Source: Camelus ferus (Eukaryota). Taken from it: DNA of 64,000 bases. The stretch spans positions 32,862,001-32,926,000 of the forward strand of contig NC_045696.1 in the NCBI RefSeq assembly GCF_009834535.1, read 5' to 3'. The notes beneath the pieces were generated by a model, which searched no databases, was not told the DNA's origin, and worked only from the letters and a program-made list of their open reading frames with translations. Of the stretch, positions 13,997 through 28,337 are shown one piece after another; the stretch's first letter is position 1, and each line of letters starts with the position of its first letter. A program made the translations under genes and the position numbers.

Positions 13997-16806
13997 GTAA
14001 GGAATGGGAAAAGATCTCCAAATCAAAATTAATGTGCTGAAACTAATGTGAAGTGTTAGATCCAGGGCATATTGTATTTTCTTTTTCATACCACAGTCAC
14101 TTTCTGATTAAGTGTAATTTGAACCAGATTTATCTTAAATTAGGTAATTTTATAAGGTATATTAATATAATCTGTGTGTGCCCCATTTTTCTCTTATGTA
14201 AAGCAGATTTTACAATAATATATATCCAATTAGATAGTTGGAGGAATAAATGTGTTAATATATTAAAAATATATTAAAATACATAGATTTGTGCTTGACA
14301 ATAACAAGCACTAAGTACATGTTAGATATGATTAATTTCCACACTCATATTCTACAGTATATGGATTATAGACAGAGAAACTCCATGAATATTTCTTCAA
14401 TTTGTTGGTTTCTGGAAATACAAAGTTCTGAGAATAAAATAGCTAAACATCAATAAACCTGATTTTTAGTGGTTCTCACAGAGGACAAAAAAAGTACTTG
14501 TCTCAGTAAAAATGCACAGAAGTTTAAATATTAAGCATAATTCTGCTCTTCATGCACCTAAACTTACATACACACACACAAATATGCATTTTTAGGAGGA
14601 TTAAGTTTATAGGGGAGATGGCTAATGAGGTTAATAATTTTTTTTATATTACACATGCAAATATCTTGGCTCTGATATCACTGGTACATTAAAATCCAAG
14701 TATAAGAATAATTTATTGTGATTGTTAAAAATGTTTCCTATATATATGTAGTAATATGTATCAATCTCAAGGTAATCTTCTAGGAGATGGGTTTATGCAA
14801 ACCATTCTGATTATTTTAACTTATAATTCAAGTGTTGTACTAGTGGGCATGTAGACCTAACAGATAGAGTTGCCTATATTACCAAGAAATCATGGGTTAA
14901 TAATCCATATAATAATTATGTCTCTTTTCTGTTTTAATTACTCTCGCTCTGTAAATTTCTTCTCAAATCAGGAACCTATTTGTAATTTATCTCTAATCAC
15001 TATCTTTGTTTCAGAACCTGTAATAAATTCACTTTATTGGACTAAATTTGGAGCAATTAAAGCACCCAAGACACAAGTTAGACACATTGCTATGCTAAGT
15101 TAAACTTTCTCTTATGTTCTGCCAGGGCTCAGGAACATCCATTCTAATTCTGCCTTTAGGATATGTTTGTTTAGGTATGTGCAGTAAATGTCTGGCCTTG
15201 GTTAGAGCTTTTTTAAATGGACCCAGTACATCGCTTCCAGACTTATCTTACTATGACAAGGATCTGAGCCAGTCACTTTTTCTGCTTAAGCACTTCTGAT
15301 TGAAAGCCTTAACCTGTAGGATAAGTTTAAAATCCGATTTCCTTGGCCTATAAAAAAGCTCCAGGCAGTGAATTCTTGTATCAGATGTTTTTCTGTTTGA
15401 AGGGCTTGGTTTATACTAGAATATTCTTCCTTCTTAAATACTCTCCTTCAGTTAAATTGTTTTATTACTGCACGTACATGCAACCCTTTCTGAATTCTGA
15501 CATAGTTAGTTCTTCTTAATTTCTTACCATTTTATTTGTGGTTCGTGTAAATATGTCCTCAGAGAGGTCAGAGACTAACATACTAGTCATTAATACTGAT
15601 TGATTGTTTTTTATATGGTAGCCTTATGAGAAACACATAATGTTTTCATAAAAATAGTTTTATAAAATATCTTACTTTTTGACAAATTTGGCTTCTGCTC
15701 TGAATGCTAGAGTTGTTCTTAAACTAAATAGAGGGACTTGTTTATATATAAAAATACATACTTTGGATCTTATAAACAGTATACTTTAAAATCATCTGAT
15801 TCAGGACTAGACCAAAAATCAAAACAAAATCATGTACAGAATGAGCATAAGGTTCTGTACTCTTTTCAGAATTAGTGAAGCTTTTTTTTTCTATGCTCTT
15901 TAATGCATGGCTATCAATAGAGCATTTATTATTCCTACACTTGCATTCATAGCTTTTTATCTATTTACAGCTCTTCTTTCACATGTTTACATAGTTTGTC
16001 TTCACAACTAGCTGGTTAAATTCCTGAGTGCTCTAAACTGTTTTTTATAGGTGTATATGCACCTATTATGTATGCAGTACTCTCTGCAGAATGCACCTTC
16101 GTTACTATGGCTGTCCTCTAGATACGCCAGGTGGAAGTTCACTCCAAAATCCCTCAGCAGACACTCCTCCCTGAAGGCAGTGCTCCATCCTTGTCTTGCA
16201 CTCTTGTGTTTTCAGAAATCAAAATTTGTTTTCCTATTATCATTGAACAATTTTTGCTATAATATCATGACACTTTTTAAAAAGACAATCCCTAGTATAA
16301 AGCAATGGAAAAACATAGGCTAATCAAATCCAGCTAAATTCAATTCAATAAGAAATAGTTAAAATGTGTTCCAAGTGCACAGCATTCTATGGGGCATGAG
16401 TGAATATCCGAATGAAAAAAGAGGAACCTTGACTTGGAGATATTTAAGATGACTTTGGGGTAATAGAACTAGCTATGAGGAATATTTTCCTATAAAGAGG
16501 AATGTATACTATATGTAAATCCCAAAGTAGCTATTATGGTAAGGGGAAGGATTATTTTCCATATGTTTTAACTAAGTATTGACCAGTCAGCATATTGACA
16601 CTGTGTTAAGTTTCAGACTCTAGGATGGATGGAGGGATGGGCCTTCAAAGTGACTTCTGATTTCAGGATGAATTATTTTTTCTGTACAATATTTTGTCCA
16701 TTTCTATCTAACATTTGAATTGAATTGCCAAGTTTCTGGGGGAACGTTGTTTCAAAGTTCTAGCTGATTACAGTTTCTTGGCCAGGATATTTATTAGAGT
16801 ATAGAG

Positions 16807-17000
16807 CAGTGGTTCTCAAACTTTAGCCAGCATCATCATCACCTCCAGGGCCTGTTAAATCTCAGATTATAGGGCCCTGAGCCCTGGTTTTCTGATTGAG
16901 TAGGTCTGAGTGGGAACCTGAGAACTTCTGTTTTTAGTAGTGTGTTAAACGTGGGGGTAATAATGATGCTTCTGTTTGGGGACCACATTGCTAAAGAGAA
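16807..17000. mobile_element. MER5A-like hAT-Charlie MITE
   Basis: Begins cagtggttctcaaactttagccagcatca; internal tttctgattgagtaggtctg. Confidence 0.75.
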
Positions 17001-17024
17001 TAAAACGTTAGGAAGTATCAGCAA

Positions 17025-17205
17025 CTTCTATAAAAGTCTTGTCTCTGTCTCTGAATATTGGTTTTTTCATCTGCTAAATGAGGATTATAAAGCTTGCCTC
17101 AAAGTGCTGTTGCAAGGATTTCATATAAGCCAATATGTATAAAGTGTTTTCATAGTACAAGGAATCACTGAATACATTTAGATGTTATTCTCATTATTAT
17201 TATTA
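17025..17205 (+). mobile_element. MIR SINE
   Basis: tctctgaatattggttttttcatctgctaaatgaggattata...gctgttgcaaggatt...aatatgtataaagtg. Confidence 0.55.
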
Positions 17206-18089
17206 TCTTGAGCATGATTGATGATCTGTAACAATCCCTGAATTAGTCCTAGAAATATAAACACAATAGAATTATTCCTTTAAGATATTCACATTTGGGG
17301 GTGGACGTACGAACATAAGATCTAGCAGGTCTAGTAATAGATGTAGGAACTGGCTACAGTTTTTGTACCAAGGAAGAAGCAGAGATGAGACCTGTTTTGT
17401 GGGACAGGTGAAGACAAGAATTGTTGATGAATGTAGGTCCTCAGTAAAGATTTGTTAAGTGAATAAGTGGGGTATTAAACAATGAATGAAATTCATCATA
17501 TGGGTTGTGGGTAAAAGTAGGTGGTAGAACATACTTAAAAAAGGAACCACGTGCTTACACAGAGTAAAAGCATGTGATCATTTGAAGGAACTATGAAACT
17601 TTCTGAGTGACGTGGACATGGGAGGTGAGTGCAAAGGCAGGGGCCAGTTAAGTCATGGAAGGTCTTTTACTCAGATTAAGGGGTTGGAATTTATTCTGTA
17701 GGCAGTGGTGAGACATTTTCTTCTATTTGTTTTAAACAGTGGAAAGTGAACAGTCATAATTTTCATCTAACTCTGTTTTTCCCTCCCCTTGAATCTGATT
17801 CAGAAATCCCTTTGGTGCCTCTGGGCAGCTCTGTATTCAAAACTGCAGGGGGTTTCAGTGCAGCTTTTAATCTTCTGTGTAGCAAGGAAGTCTGGATATT
17901 TGCCATTAAATGTGGGGAAAAGATGTGTATTGCCTTCCTAAATCTATCAGCATCCTGAGAACTTATATAAACTTTCCATTCCATGTATAAGTTTAGTAAT
18001 TTATAGTATGAGCAGTTATCATAAAATCTTAAGATTTTCTTTTCCAGCTAACTAGTTTTTCCAGGAATATGTTAGGTATAATTTGATGA

Positions 18090-18699
18090 TAACCCTTAAT
18101 GACCCACATTTTTTAAAACAATCTTTTCCCCTGGAGTGTAAGAGGGACTTGTGACTATATGTGATCTCACCGCCTTAATCATGTTACCTTACATGGCAAA
18201 AGGGATTTTACAGATATAATTATGGATCCCTTTTGAGTTTGTCAGAGGTTAGATTGTCAAGGGAAGCCTGACATAATGAGATGAGGTCTTTATAAAAGAT
18301 TGACGAGCCAGAGAGACATTCTCCTCCTGGCCTGGAAATAAGCAAATAGCTATTGTGTGAACTGTCTTTAGGGGCCATGTAACGAAGAACTGTTGGTGAC
18401 CTCTGGGAGCTGAAAGCTGTTCCTTAGTGACAGCTAGTGAGAATATGAGGACCTTGAATATGTAGGCTCAAGGAAATACATTTGCCAACAATCTGAGTTT
18501 GTAGGGGATACTAAAACTTAGATGGGAATCACAGCCCCTGCCAGCACCATGACACCAATTTAGTGACATTGGGAAGAGGACCAGGCTATGCCCTATCTGA
18601 ACTCTTAATCCATAGAAATTGTGAAATCAGTGCACTTTGCTTGAGGACACTAAGCTGGTAAGAATCTGTTATGCAGCAAACACAGGAAGCCGATCCAGA
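18090..18699 (+). mobile_element. MaLR solo LTR (MLT1-like)
   Basis: gttaccttacatggcaaaagggattttacagatataatta and a 3' end cactaagctggtaagaatctgttatgcagc, both typical of MLT1. Confidence 0.75.
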
Positions 18700-19619
18700 G
18701 AGGAAGAATGATTTCTCATGGTCACACACATGGCGAAGACTGGGCTTGAATATTCTGATTCTAGGACGCAGGTCTCGAGTTTGGGAGGAAAGCTGACGGC
18801 TGAAAGAGTATTTAAGGGACGTTTAGAGCATGAGCTAATTATAATTAGGCTATGAACTAATGGGTGAAACAGATTTTAAAAAGAGGTGGATTTAAAAGAG
18901 AAGATAAATTTCAGAGGAACTTGGTAAATGATTCTGAAAATGGGGCTAAAATATGGGTCAAAGACAGTACAATTTGGGTGCCCAAGTGACTTGGATAGTG
19001 AACATGTGAAACTAAGAAAGGCATTGGGAGAAATGTATTCAGAAATAAATATGTTTATTCTTTAAAATATTGAGGTTGATGTAACTATATAGAATCTAAA
19101 AGTGAAGCTTAGCAAGCTTTTAAAGTTAGGTGACTTATAACTAAGAAAGGAATTTTGACAAAGAGGCCTATTATCTCTTAATGAAGAACATTTTTACTTT
19201 TAGCTTTTTGAAATAGTCATCACGCTTTATGTGTACAGCACGCTTCCAACAGAAACTCCCTCAGGACTCCCTCCTGACCCTGAGAATTATGCTATGTAAT
19301 AACTTGCATATCCATCAAAGCCTGACTTTGTGGTGAGTTGCTGAAGCTTGTCAGTACTTAATAGTATTGCCTGTGTTCTACAAGTGTTATTTACTTATTA
19401 TACATCATTTGTTCCAAATGTTTGACCATCAAGCTTAAGCTGACTTTCTTTAGCTGCATTTCCCTGTGTGAACAGGGATTTTGACCTAGATTTTAATGTT
19501 AATCAAAAATAATGCAGCAGCTCATTTTCAAGTTGGCTAAATATATTGTAATTTTACTGTGAGCTACTTAGGACATAATTTTTTCAGCATTTGGAAACGG
19601 TAGAGTGTATTTCTGAATG

Positions 19620-19806
19620 TTATGTTTCTCAAAAGCCTTTAGACTGCTTGGATTAGGATCACCTGAGATACTAGTTACAAAAATGCAGATTCCTGGGCTC
19701 AGTGCAGACTTTTAAAATCAGAACTCCTGGATTTCAGGCCTAGGAGTCCTAATATTTAGTAAGTACCTCTGTTGATCCTTAGGTTCACTGTAGTTTGAGA
19801 ATGCAT
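19620..19806. mobile_element. MER5-like hAT-Charlie MITE
   Basis: Inverted termini tttctcaaa...tttgagaa; aaaatgcagattcctgggc core. Confidence 0.72.
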
Positions 19807-20699
19807 GCAATTAGAGACCAGGAAGCCGAGGATTCATGGATAATCAAAGAAAGAAAGAAAGAAAGGGGTCTCAATCTACTAAGTTTAGAAAATTACTCAT
19901 TGTTCTGTGTCCTTTATGAGTCTGTTCTTAGAAGGAGATTCTCTACTGAATCGACATGTGCTTTAGTGGATTAACATTTCTGAGAATTACTGCAAAAATT
20001 CCATTAGCCAACATCTTAGCAGTATTCTTTGACTGTATGATTTTCTTTTTAAATTTGTTTTGTGTTTCCTGCATTGAACTCTATGGAATCTACTTTAAGA
20101 AATGGTAGGATATATATTTAATTTAAATACTCTGTCTGGCATTGCAAAACTAGTTTTGGCCTAATGCTTCATTAAATGTCAGTTGTACAAAACCTTAACT
20201 TAAATGAGTGAAATATTAACATGTAATCCAGAGATTGTGAATTCTCTGGAGCTAAACACAAAGGAAAGTAAAACAGGTATTTGTGTCTCCTAAGGTTAAA
20301 GCTCCTGTATCATGTATGGCAAGGATTAATTGAAAGTGTTAGTATTTAAGCTTGAAGTGTACACCATAAACCAATGATATTTTGTGTTCTTTTGTTTAAA
20401 TTTGCCACTTTGAAAGTGTCCTTGCCATTTAAGTCTGGATCATGCTGGACCCCAAAGCAAATGAGGAAAAGAAATAGCATTAGTAATACCTGCTAGTGGG
20501 GGCTTGGGGGTGTGTGCGCGTGCACATACACGACCTGGAGTTTTCTGAAATGCTGTTGAGTGTGTTACCTCAAGACTCTTTCAAGACGTCATGAGATACA
20601 TAAGACATCTTTTTGGAAAGAGATAAAAGAATTGATTTCTCTGGGTGTGAATAGCTGATGAAAGCAAATGATCACCAAAAATCTTTAAGAAACTTTTTT

Positions 20700-23140
20700 A
20701 AATTTCTTATTAAAAAAGAAAACAATTTTATTGAGATAGAAACCATCAACACAATCAAGATAATGAACATATTCACCATCTACAAAAGTTCATTCATATA
20801 CCTTCATAATTCCTTCCTCCTGACCTTCTCTGCTCATCCCGCATCTCCCTCCAGGAAACCACTGCTCTGCATTATGTCATATAGATTACATTTTCTAGAA
20901 TTTTATATAAATAGAACCATATAGCATATACTCTTCTTCTGATCTCTCAGGATAAATATTCTGAAATTCATCTATGTTGCGAGTATAAATATTCTTCCTG
21001 TCTATTGCTGATTAGTATTCTATTGAATATATCCATAGTATAACTTTTTTATTCATTTATCTGGTGATAGACTTTTGGGTTATTGACAGTTTGGGGCCTT
21101 GCAATAAAGCTGCTATGAACATTTGTGTATAAGTCTTTGTATGTATCTATGCTTCTGTTTCTCTTGGGTAAACGCCTAGGAGCAGAACGGTCGCGTCAAA
21201 TGGCAGACCTATGTATAGTAATTTTTAAAGATATTTCCAAACTATTTTTTAACGTAGTTATACTACTTCATGAAATCCAAATTTTTAATTGTATTAATAC
21301 TATTTTTTTTTTACTTTTAAAAATCATGCCTTGGTATATTATATGTAAGATACTTTTGCCTAATTCAAGATCACAAAGAATCACTTCCATAAATTTCACA
21401 TTTTTTTTAGGTTTTGAATGTATTTTGAGTGATTTTATATTTTCAATGCACTTCTCTCTTATTTCTCTCAGCTGTATTATTTCTAGGTCAGTTTCGATAG
21501 ATTGATTGATCTCATTATAGATAGCATTTTCCTGCTTCTTTGAACGCAGAGTAGTTTTTGATTGGATTCCAGACATTGTAAATTTTACCTTTCTGATGCT
21601 GAATATTCTCCTATTTCTATAAATATTCTTAAGCTTTGTGCTGGTTAACTTAGAAAGAGTTTAACCCTTTCAGAGCTTCTTTTAAATTCCTTAAGTGGGA
21701 CTGAGTAGTTTTTATTGTAAGATTATTTTTCTCTTTTTTTTAATATATATATTTTTGTTGAAGTATAGCCAGTTTAAAATGTGTCGATTTCTGGTGTATA
21801 GCACAATGCCCCAGTCATACATGAACATGTGTATATTCATTTTCATATTCTTTTTCATTATAAGTTACTACAAGATATTGAATCTTGTTCCCTGCATTAT
21901 ACAGCATAAACTTGTTTATCTATTCTATATATATCAGTTGGTATCTGCAAATCTCTAACTCCAGTTTATCTCCTCTCACTCTCCCCACCCCCCGACCCAG
22001 TAACCACAAGTTTGTTTTCTGTGTCTGAGAGTCTGTTTCTGTTTTGCAAATAAATTTGTCTTTTTTTTTTTAGATTCCACATATGAGTGATATCATATGG
22101 TATTTCTCTTTCTCTTTCTGGCTTACTTCATTTAGAATGACAATCTCCAGGTCCATCCGTATTGCTGCAAATGGCATTATTTTATTATTTTTTATGGATG
22201 AGTAGTATTCCATTGTATAAATATACCACAGCTTTTTTATCCAGCCATCTGACAGTGGACATTTAGGCTGTTTCCATGTCTTAGCTATTGTAAATAGTGC
22301 AGCTGTGAACATTGGGGTGCATGTATCCTTTTGAACTAAATTTCCTTTTGGATATATGCCCAGGAGTGGGATTACTGGATCATATGGCAAGTCTATTTTT
22401 AGTCTTTTGAGGAATCTCCATAATGTTTTCCACAATGACTGTGCCAAACTACATTCCCACCAATAGTATAGGAGGGTTCCCTTTTCTCCACACCCTCCCC
22501 AGCATTTATCATTTGTGGACTTTTGAATAACAGCCATTCTGACTGGTGTGAGGTGATGATCTCATTGTAGTTTTGATTTGCATAAGAATTACTTATTTTT
22601 CATTCCTGAGGTAAAATCCTCTCAGTGCCCACGGTAACAGTAATGAGTTTTTTCAGTCAGGTTGGTTAGGACAAGCACTGTTCCCAGCCCTGAGTAAGCA
22701 CCATACGCTATTTCCTCTAATCCTTTTTGATGGTTCTTGTCCATCAAACACTTTCCTCACACAGAAATGCTGATCAGTACTTACTTTGCCAAATGCTGTG
22801 GGGGGCACTGCAGATGTCTGAAGGTCTCTTTTCGTGTAGTTCCCTTCTTTTTTGATACTCTATCCTGCAAACTCTAGCTGCTTTAGTCTTCTTAGACACC
22901 CAGCTCCATCACCTGAACTCGGGAAGGCCACCAGGTTCTGCATGGGTTTCCCTCCATGTACCTCAGCCTAGACGATCTCTCAAGACATTAAACAGGGACA
23001 GATTTTAGGGTTCATCTCACTAGCTTTCCATCTTTCTGGGATCAGTGTCCATGATTATGATGTTCAGTATCTCGAAAACTTTGTTTTCAGGTAAGGGGTA
23101 AATCCAGCTTTGTTATTCCACTGGGTTGGAAGCAAAAGTT
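20700..23140 (-). mobile_element. Old L1M (L1ME-like): 3' end (~20700-21260) plus 5' region (~21440-21730 and 22583-23140), split by a young L1
   Basis: 3'-end motifs (ttttctagaattttatataaatag, aataaagctgctatgaacatttg). 5'-end-like ggtaaatccagctttgttattccactgggttggaagcaaaagt near 23100-23140. Confidence 0.62.
21732..22582 (-). mobile_element. Young 5'-truncated L1 (ORF2 C-terminus + 3'UTR), nested in an older L1M
   Basis: Open ORF 22070..22537 is the ORF2p C-terminus, with a degenerate cysteine-rich motif ([18 protein letters not shown]). The 3'UTR resembles that of the 52-kb element. T-rich tail ~21732-21757. No convincing TSD. Confidence 0.92.
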
Positions 23141-24439
23141 TTGTTGTCTTTGTTTTTGAAATGTGGAGAAATAGTACTTTTATTTCAATGATAGTGTGTT
23201 TTAATTTTGCCTAATTGCTTATTTGTTTTAAGATGATATAATGGATTTAGGAGGATGAACATGAATTAGAGTGAAATGTATCCCTGCTCACTTTGACAAA
23301 ACATTTTAGAGTAACAATACTGCTAGATTTAAAGTTAGAAGTTATTTTATGTAGCCACAGAAATTCAGCATTGTTATGGGTTATTGTGGGAATGGAAAGA
23401 AAAGTTCTAGCATGTGTATGATGAGATAAATAAATATAAAGTATTTATAAATGAGATAAATATAAATGGATTTCACGTATTATCAAGAATGAGCATGCTA
23501 TCAGTTTTTCTTTGATTTTAGTTCATGTTTTTAATCAATGCTTTTAATTTAAGGGTTCAAGTGTATACCTCAATCATCCAGGAATCATCAGCCAGTAAGC
23601 AATCTTGAGGTTATAGTAACATAAATATTCAAACCTACTAGCTTCTTAGCTAACATCTGCTAATGGAGAACTCAATCACTGTTCAAATTCCCCTCAGGTT
23701 ATTTCCCCAAGACACTTTATGGCTCTTTCATGTGCGAAAAAAGATGCCTCTCCCATTCCTTAGCTTTAGATTTTTCATGGAAATGCAATTCTTTAAGGTT
23801 TTTGTGGGATACTAAGAGAGAAGGTCTTATTTTCATCAACTTTAGCAAATAATCTTCTTGGGATCCAGAAAGATAGTTTATGAAATTTATGAATCAGATC
23901 TTTCTAAAAATGATTGAATTATTTGATCAATAAAAGTCATTTGATTCAAATAATTTTTAATTACATTATAGCCTAATTGACATTAGTGAGGTAGTATCTT
24001 AATGCTTTGGTAATATTTGTTCCATTTGCATTGGTAATGGGGAATTGATAGAGACAGATTATTTTACTGAGATTATTCAATAGTAGTACAGATTAGAGTT
24101 GGTTCATAAAGTCCTAAGTACATTCTTTGACTACTACTTTATTTACTAACTTGAATACTAAACACTCTGTTTCTTGAAAGTAGTTATCATGTGTAGTGTT
24201 TATCTTCCAAGAGAGTGACCATTCCTTCTTTTTCTTCTTTTTTCTCTTTAATCAGTAACTTTTTAAGTTAATTATTTGTATTCCTCTTGAATTGCAGTCA
24301 AACATGAAATTAGCCATTTTTACTAATCTTTATATTAGTACATTTTATTTATACTTATTTATTTATATTTATATTTATTTATATGTATTGTATATACATA
24401 CACACACACACACACATGCATATATATATATTCTTATAT

Positions 24440-27150
24440 TGGAGCTTTATGGAGATACAATTAGTATACCATCAACTTTACCCAAAGTGTACAATTCAAT
24501 GATTTTTAGTAAGTTCACAGAATAGTGTAACTCTTACCACAAGTAATTTTACATTTTCATCATCCTAAAGAAATTTTGTATTAGTAGTCACTCCGTATTT
24601 CCTCCCAATCTCCTCCCTGGCTCTAGGCAACCACTAATCTGTTTTCTGTCTCTATAAATTTGCCCATGGTGGATATTTCGTATGAATGAATTCATATTAT
24701 TTATGGCCTTCTGTCACTAGCTTCTTAGCATAACATATTCAAGGTTTGTGTTCCAGCATACATCAGCACTTCGTTGCTGAATATTATTCCATCGTGTGCA
24801 CCTACTTCATGTTACTTATTTATTTGTCAGTTGATGGACATTTGGGTCTTTACATTTTTTTGCTATTATGAATAACTCTGCTATGAAAATTTAAGTGCAA
24901 GATTTTGTATAGAAGTATGCTTTTATTTCTCTTGGGTATGTACCTAGGAAAGATATTGCTGGGTCTTATGGTTTCTCATTCATGAACTTGGGTGCTTTAT
25001 GTGTGTGTATATATATGTATGTGTGTGTGTGTGTGTGTGTGTGTATGTTTGTAATTGTTAGATCTTTCTAATGGATTGACACATAAGGTTACAATTGATA
25101 TAGGTTGATTTCTGTCTACCATTTCACATTTTATTTTTTCGTTTCGATTGTTTTTAATGAGAAGTCAGTTAATATTTTTTGAGTCCCTTTGTTTGTCAAA
25201 AGGTTTTCTCTTCCTGCTTTCAAGATTGATTTTTTTTTCTTTGTCTTTGTTTTTGACATTTGTGTTATAATGTGTTTGGATATAGATCTTTTATTTGCAT
25301 TTAACCTATTTGAAGTTTACTGAGCTTCTTGTATGTGTAGATTAATGTTTTTCATCAAGTTAAGAAGGTTTAAATCAGTCTTTCCTCAAAAGTCTTTCTA
25401 CTCCCTTATTCCTTTCCTTCTGATCTTATTACACAAGTTTTGTACTTAATGGTGTCATAAATATCTCTCAGGCTTTGTTAATTTTTCTTTATAATTTTTC
25501 TTTCTTTTCTTCAGATTATAAAATCTTCATTGATCTTGTATCTCTTGTAGTTTGTAACTACTGTTGAGTCCTCTACTAAATTTCTCATTCCAGTTATTGC
25601 ATTTTTCAATTGCAGAACTTTGATTTGGCTCTTGCTTTATAATTTCTATATCTTTATTGATGTTCACAATTACTTTGTTTTACTTCTTGAAGTATGTTAT
25701 ATTTTAGTTCTTTGAACATATTTATAATGAATCCTTTGAAGTCTTTGTCTGTTAAATCTATCATTTGGACCTTCTTCCCAGAAGTTTTTGATGTTTGCTT
25801 TCCTTTCCTTTGTAGGAGTTACGCTTTGCTGTTATTTTCATGTCTCATTTTTTTTTTTAAATTAGACATTTAGGTAATAAACTGAGCAATTCTGGATACT
25901 GATCTCACCTTGCAGCTTATTGTTGTTTGCTTTTTCATAAATTTAGTCACTTGGGTGGACTGTTTACACTGCCTTTGACGTCACTCAGAGGACAAAGTTT
26001 TGATATGTGCATGGTCACCCTAGGAAGACAATAGTTTCTGTAGGGTTCTCTTTGACTGCTTCTTTCCCTAATATCTCTGTTAAGCTCCCCCTCTCTTGTA
26101 CACTGGTATTATGCACAGCTGTTCTTCTCCACCATTTGTCAGTTGATCGTGCTGTTGTTTTTAACAATGTTCTGTGCATAAATTGTTCTGCAGCCTGATC
26201 CAATTAAATTGAGGACACTTTGCTGAAGTATTTTTTTGAGGCTAGTCTTTGAGGTTTTCTTTGATGACAGGAAGTTTCTTCCTAGCTGTTCTTTTCTCTC
26301 ATAAACTAGCTGGTCTGTGGTCTAGCTTGTTGAATTCATGGGGCTACCCATCTCCTCTTACTTGCTTACTACCGAAATCTTTAATATTTTCAAGAGGTCC
26401 CTAGGTTTGGGCTTTCTCACTCTCTGTTCCAAATAGTGCCCTTAGAGAGATCTTCAGAATGCTTTTATTATGGCCTGCCTCTTCCCCTGGGCAAAATATC
26501 CATACTGCTTCTCCTGAGCTAGTGGTATGGCCTTCTTTTGAAATAACACTCACTCCTACTTTATAAGCAGGATATGGGGAAGTGGTAGTAGCCTGTGGTC
26601 TTTTTGGCTCGCCTGTCTGACTTAAAATCTCTGTTCTGTAAGTGGACTGGGTGAGAACTGTGGAGATCCTTATATTCTTGGCCAGTGAGTTGGGACTGGG
26701 TAGAGGAAGATAACCTTAATCTCTCAGCCACACTCACTCGGAATTAAGTCTCTGCAACCAAGAACAAGAGTGAGGGGAATACAAAATGCTGGCTACCTGC
26801 CTCTCCTAAAAAAATAATGTAGTCCTTGATTGGGAGCTGGCAGGGAAAAGGAGCCCCATCTTTTTTGGTCACATTCATCAGGAGTTAAACTCCCCTCCAG
26901 CTGAGCTGGAGGTGGGGTAGATGTAGTGAGCAAGACATGAGTCCAGTACCATAGACTCTACCTGGTCTTACTAAGATTTAATAGATTTCTTGAATAATCG
27001 TTTCTTCCTTTGCTGTATGCTCTTAGCACAATTTTTAGAGACTTAAATGTGTGCATGTGTGTTACTACATAATTTTCATCAGCTCTGACTGTTTCACTAG
27101 ACAGAGAGTTTACAGAATTTTTTATTGTGATATTCCCTAGTTGCCCTCTG
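24440..27150 (-). mobile_element. Old L1M (L1MA/MB-like): 3' end (~24440-24975) plus ORF1/5' region (~25040-27150)
   Basis: aagtgtacaattcaatgatttttagt, ctaggcaaccactaatctgttttctgtctctata and cagttgatggacatttggg mark the 3' end. Further on, gagaagtcag and ttcctgctttcaagatt are ORF1-region motifs. Confidence 0.7.
24999..25046. repeat. Compound (TG)/(TA) microsatellite
   Basis: atgtgtgtgtatatatatgtatgtgtgtg...; lies at the junction between the two halves of an old L1. Confidence 0.9.
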
Positions 27151-28246
27151 ATTTTTTTATGCTCATATCTTTTCACAATGTTGACTCATAAATTATTTTA
27201 TTATCTTTACGTATGTTCCTTTATTATTACAAATCATTTGTCTCTCATTTCCTGCTACTTTTTTCATATAGAAATCTATATTTCTCTTCTTGACCACTTT
27301 ATATTCATAATTTAATTTTTGCCTCTGTAAGAGATGAAACTAGTCATAATTTTTCCTTTCCTTGTAAATCTAGGTAATTTTAAATTATGCTCTTCCTCTT
27401 TTTTATGAATTTTATGTAGAAAGATCATGTATGAATTTAAAATAAAAATTAATAGTTTGGTGTATTTTTAATTTAGTTTTTTTTTAATTTAGGTTTTTTT
27501 CCTTAATGATATTGTCAGTCTTCTTTCCTCCCCCTTTTTATCTGCAGTTAAATATATCTGAACTCCCATCTCTAAGTTCTTGTGCATGAAACTCTGAACT
27601 ATTTGGGCTGCACTCAGGCTTACTGTGCCTATAGAAAATAGTAAAGGGGTAACTAAAAGACGGCCCAGGGCCAGTACAGATCTGAATTAAACAAAAATTC
27701 ATAGCAGTCAAGAAGAGTGGGGAAAAGATAGCAAAAGAATAGAACTGCACTAGATAAAAATTATTTACTTACACTTAGTGTGTCTACTCCCCAGTCTTTG
27801 CTCATCTAACTCTAACTTTTGTACTCTTCCTAAACAGAAACTGCCCACTTATTCAGAGGATAGTCTAATGACATCTTCAGTTTTTTTCTGTAGAGTGAGG
27901 TAAAGAGGATTTAGAAAGAGGTTCAGTACTAAGAAAAGTAATGACAATTGGCTACTGCCCCCAAATGTACACACATTGACGTGGAATGATTCTACTTACT
28001 AGAAGGAAAGGAATGCTTTACTTGACTGAATATGACCATTATTTTAATTAATTCAAAGCTGATTTATTAAGCATCTATGATATTCCAGACCCTGTCCTAG
28101 ATACTGGATATGAAAACTATATGGAAGTATAAAAATTAGGAAAGCTTGGAAAGAAGTGAGAGATAAGAGGGGAGAAGATTAATGGAAGAGAAAAAAGATA
28201 AAAGTAGTAAAAAAGCAAGAGATAAACAGAATTAAAATTCTAACTT

Positions 28247-28337
28247 ATTTATTTTATAAATACATGAATTATGAACCTTGTGAATACCCTTGTGAATTTA
28301 TTTTATAAATACATGAATTATGAACCTTGTGAATACC
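28247..28337. repeat. Perfect 42-bp duplication with a 7-bp spacer
   Basis: atttattttataaatacatgaattatgaaccttgtgaatacc at 28247-28288 and 28296-28337. Confidence 0.93.

Noticed and set aside
21720..22601. Possible TSD ttatttttc around the young 5'-truncated L1
   Set aside because: Low-complexity and offset from the apparent truncation point; not reliable.
25976..25983. Perfect CRE palindrome TGACGTCA
   Set aside because: Isolated 8-mer inside an old L1 fragment with no supporting context.
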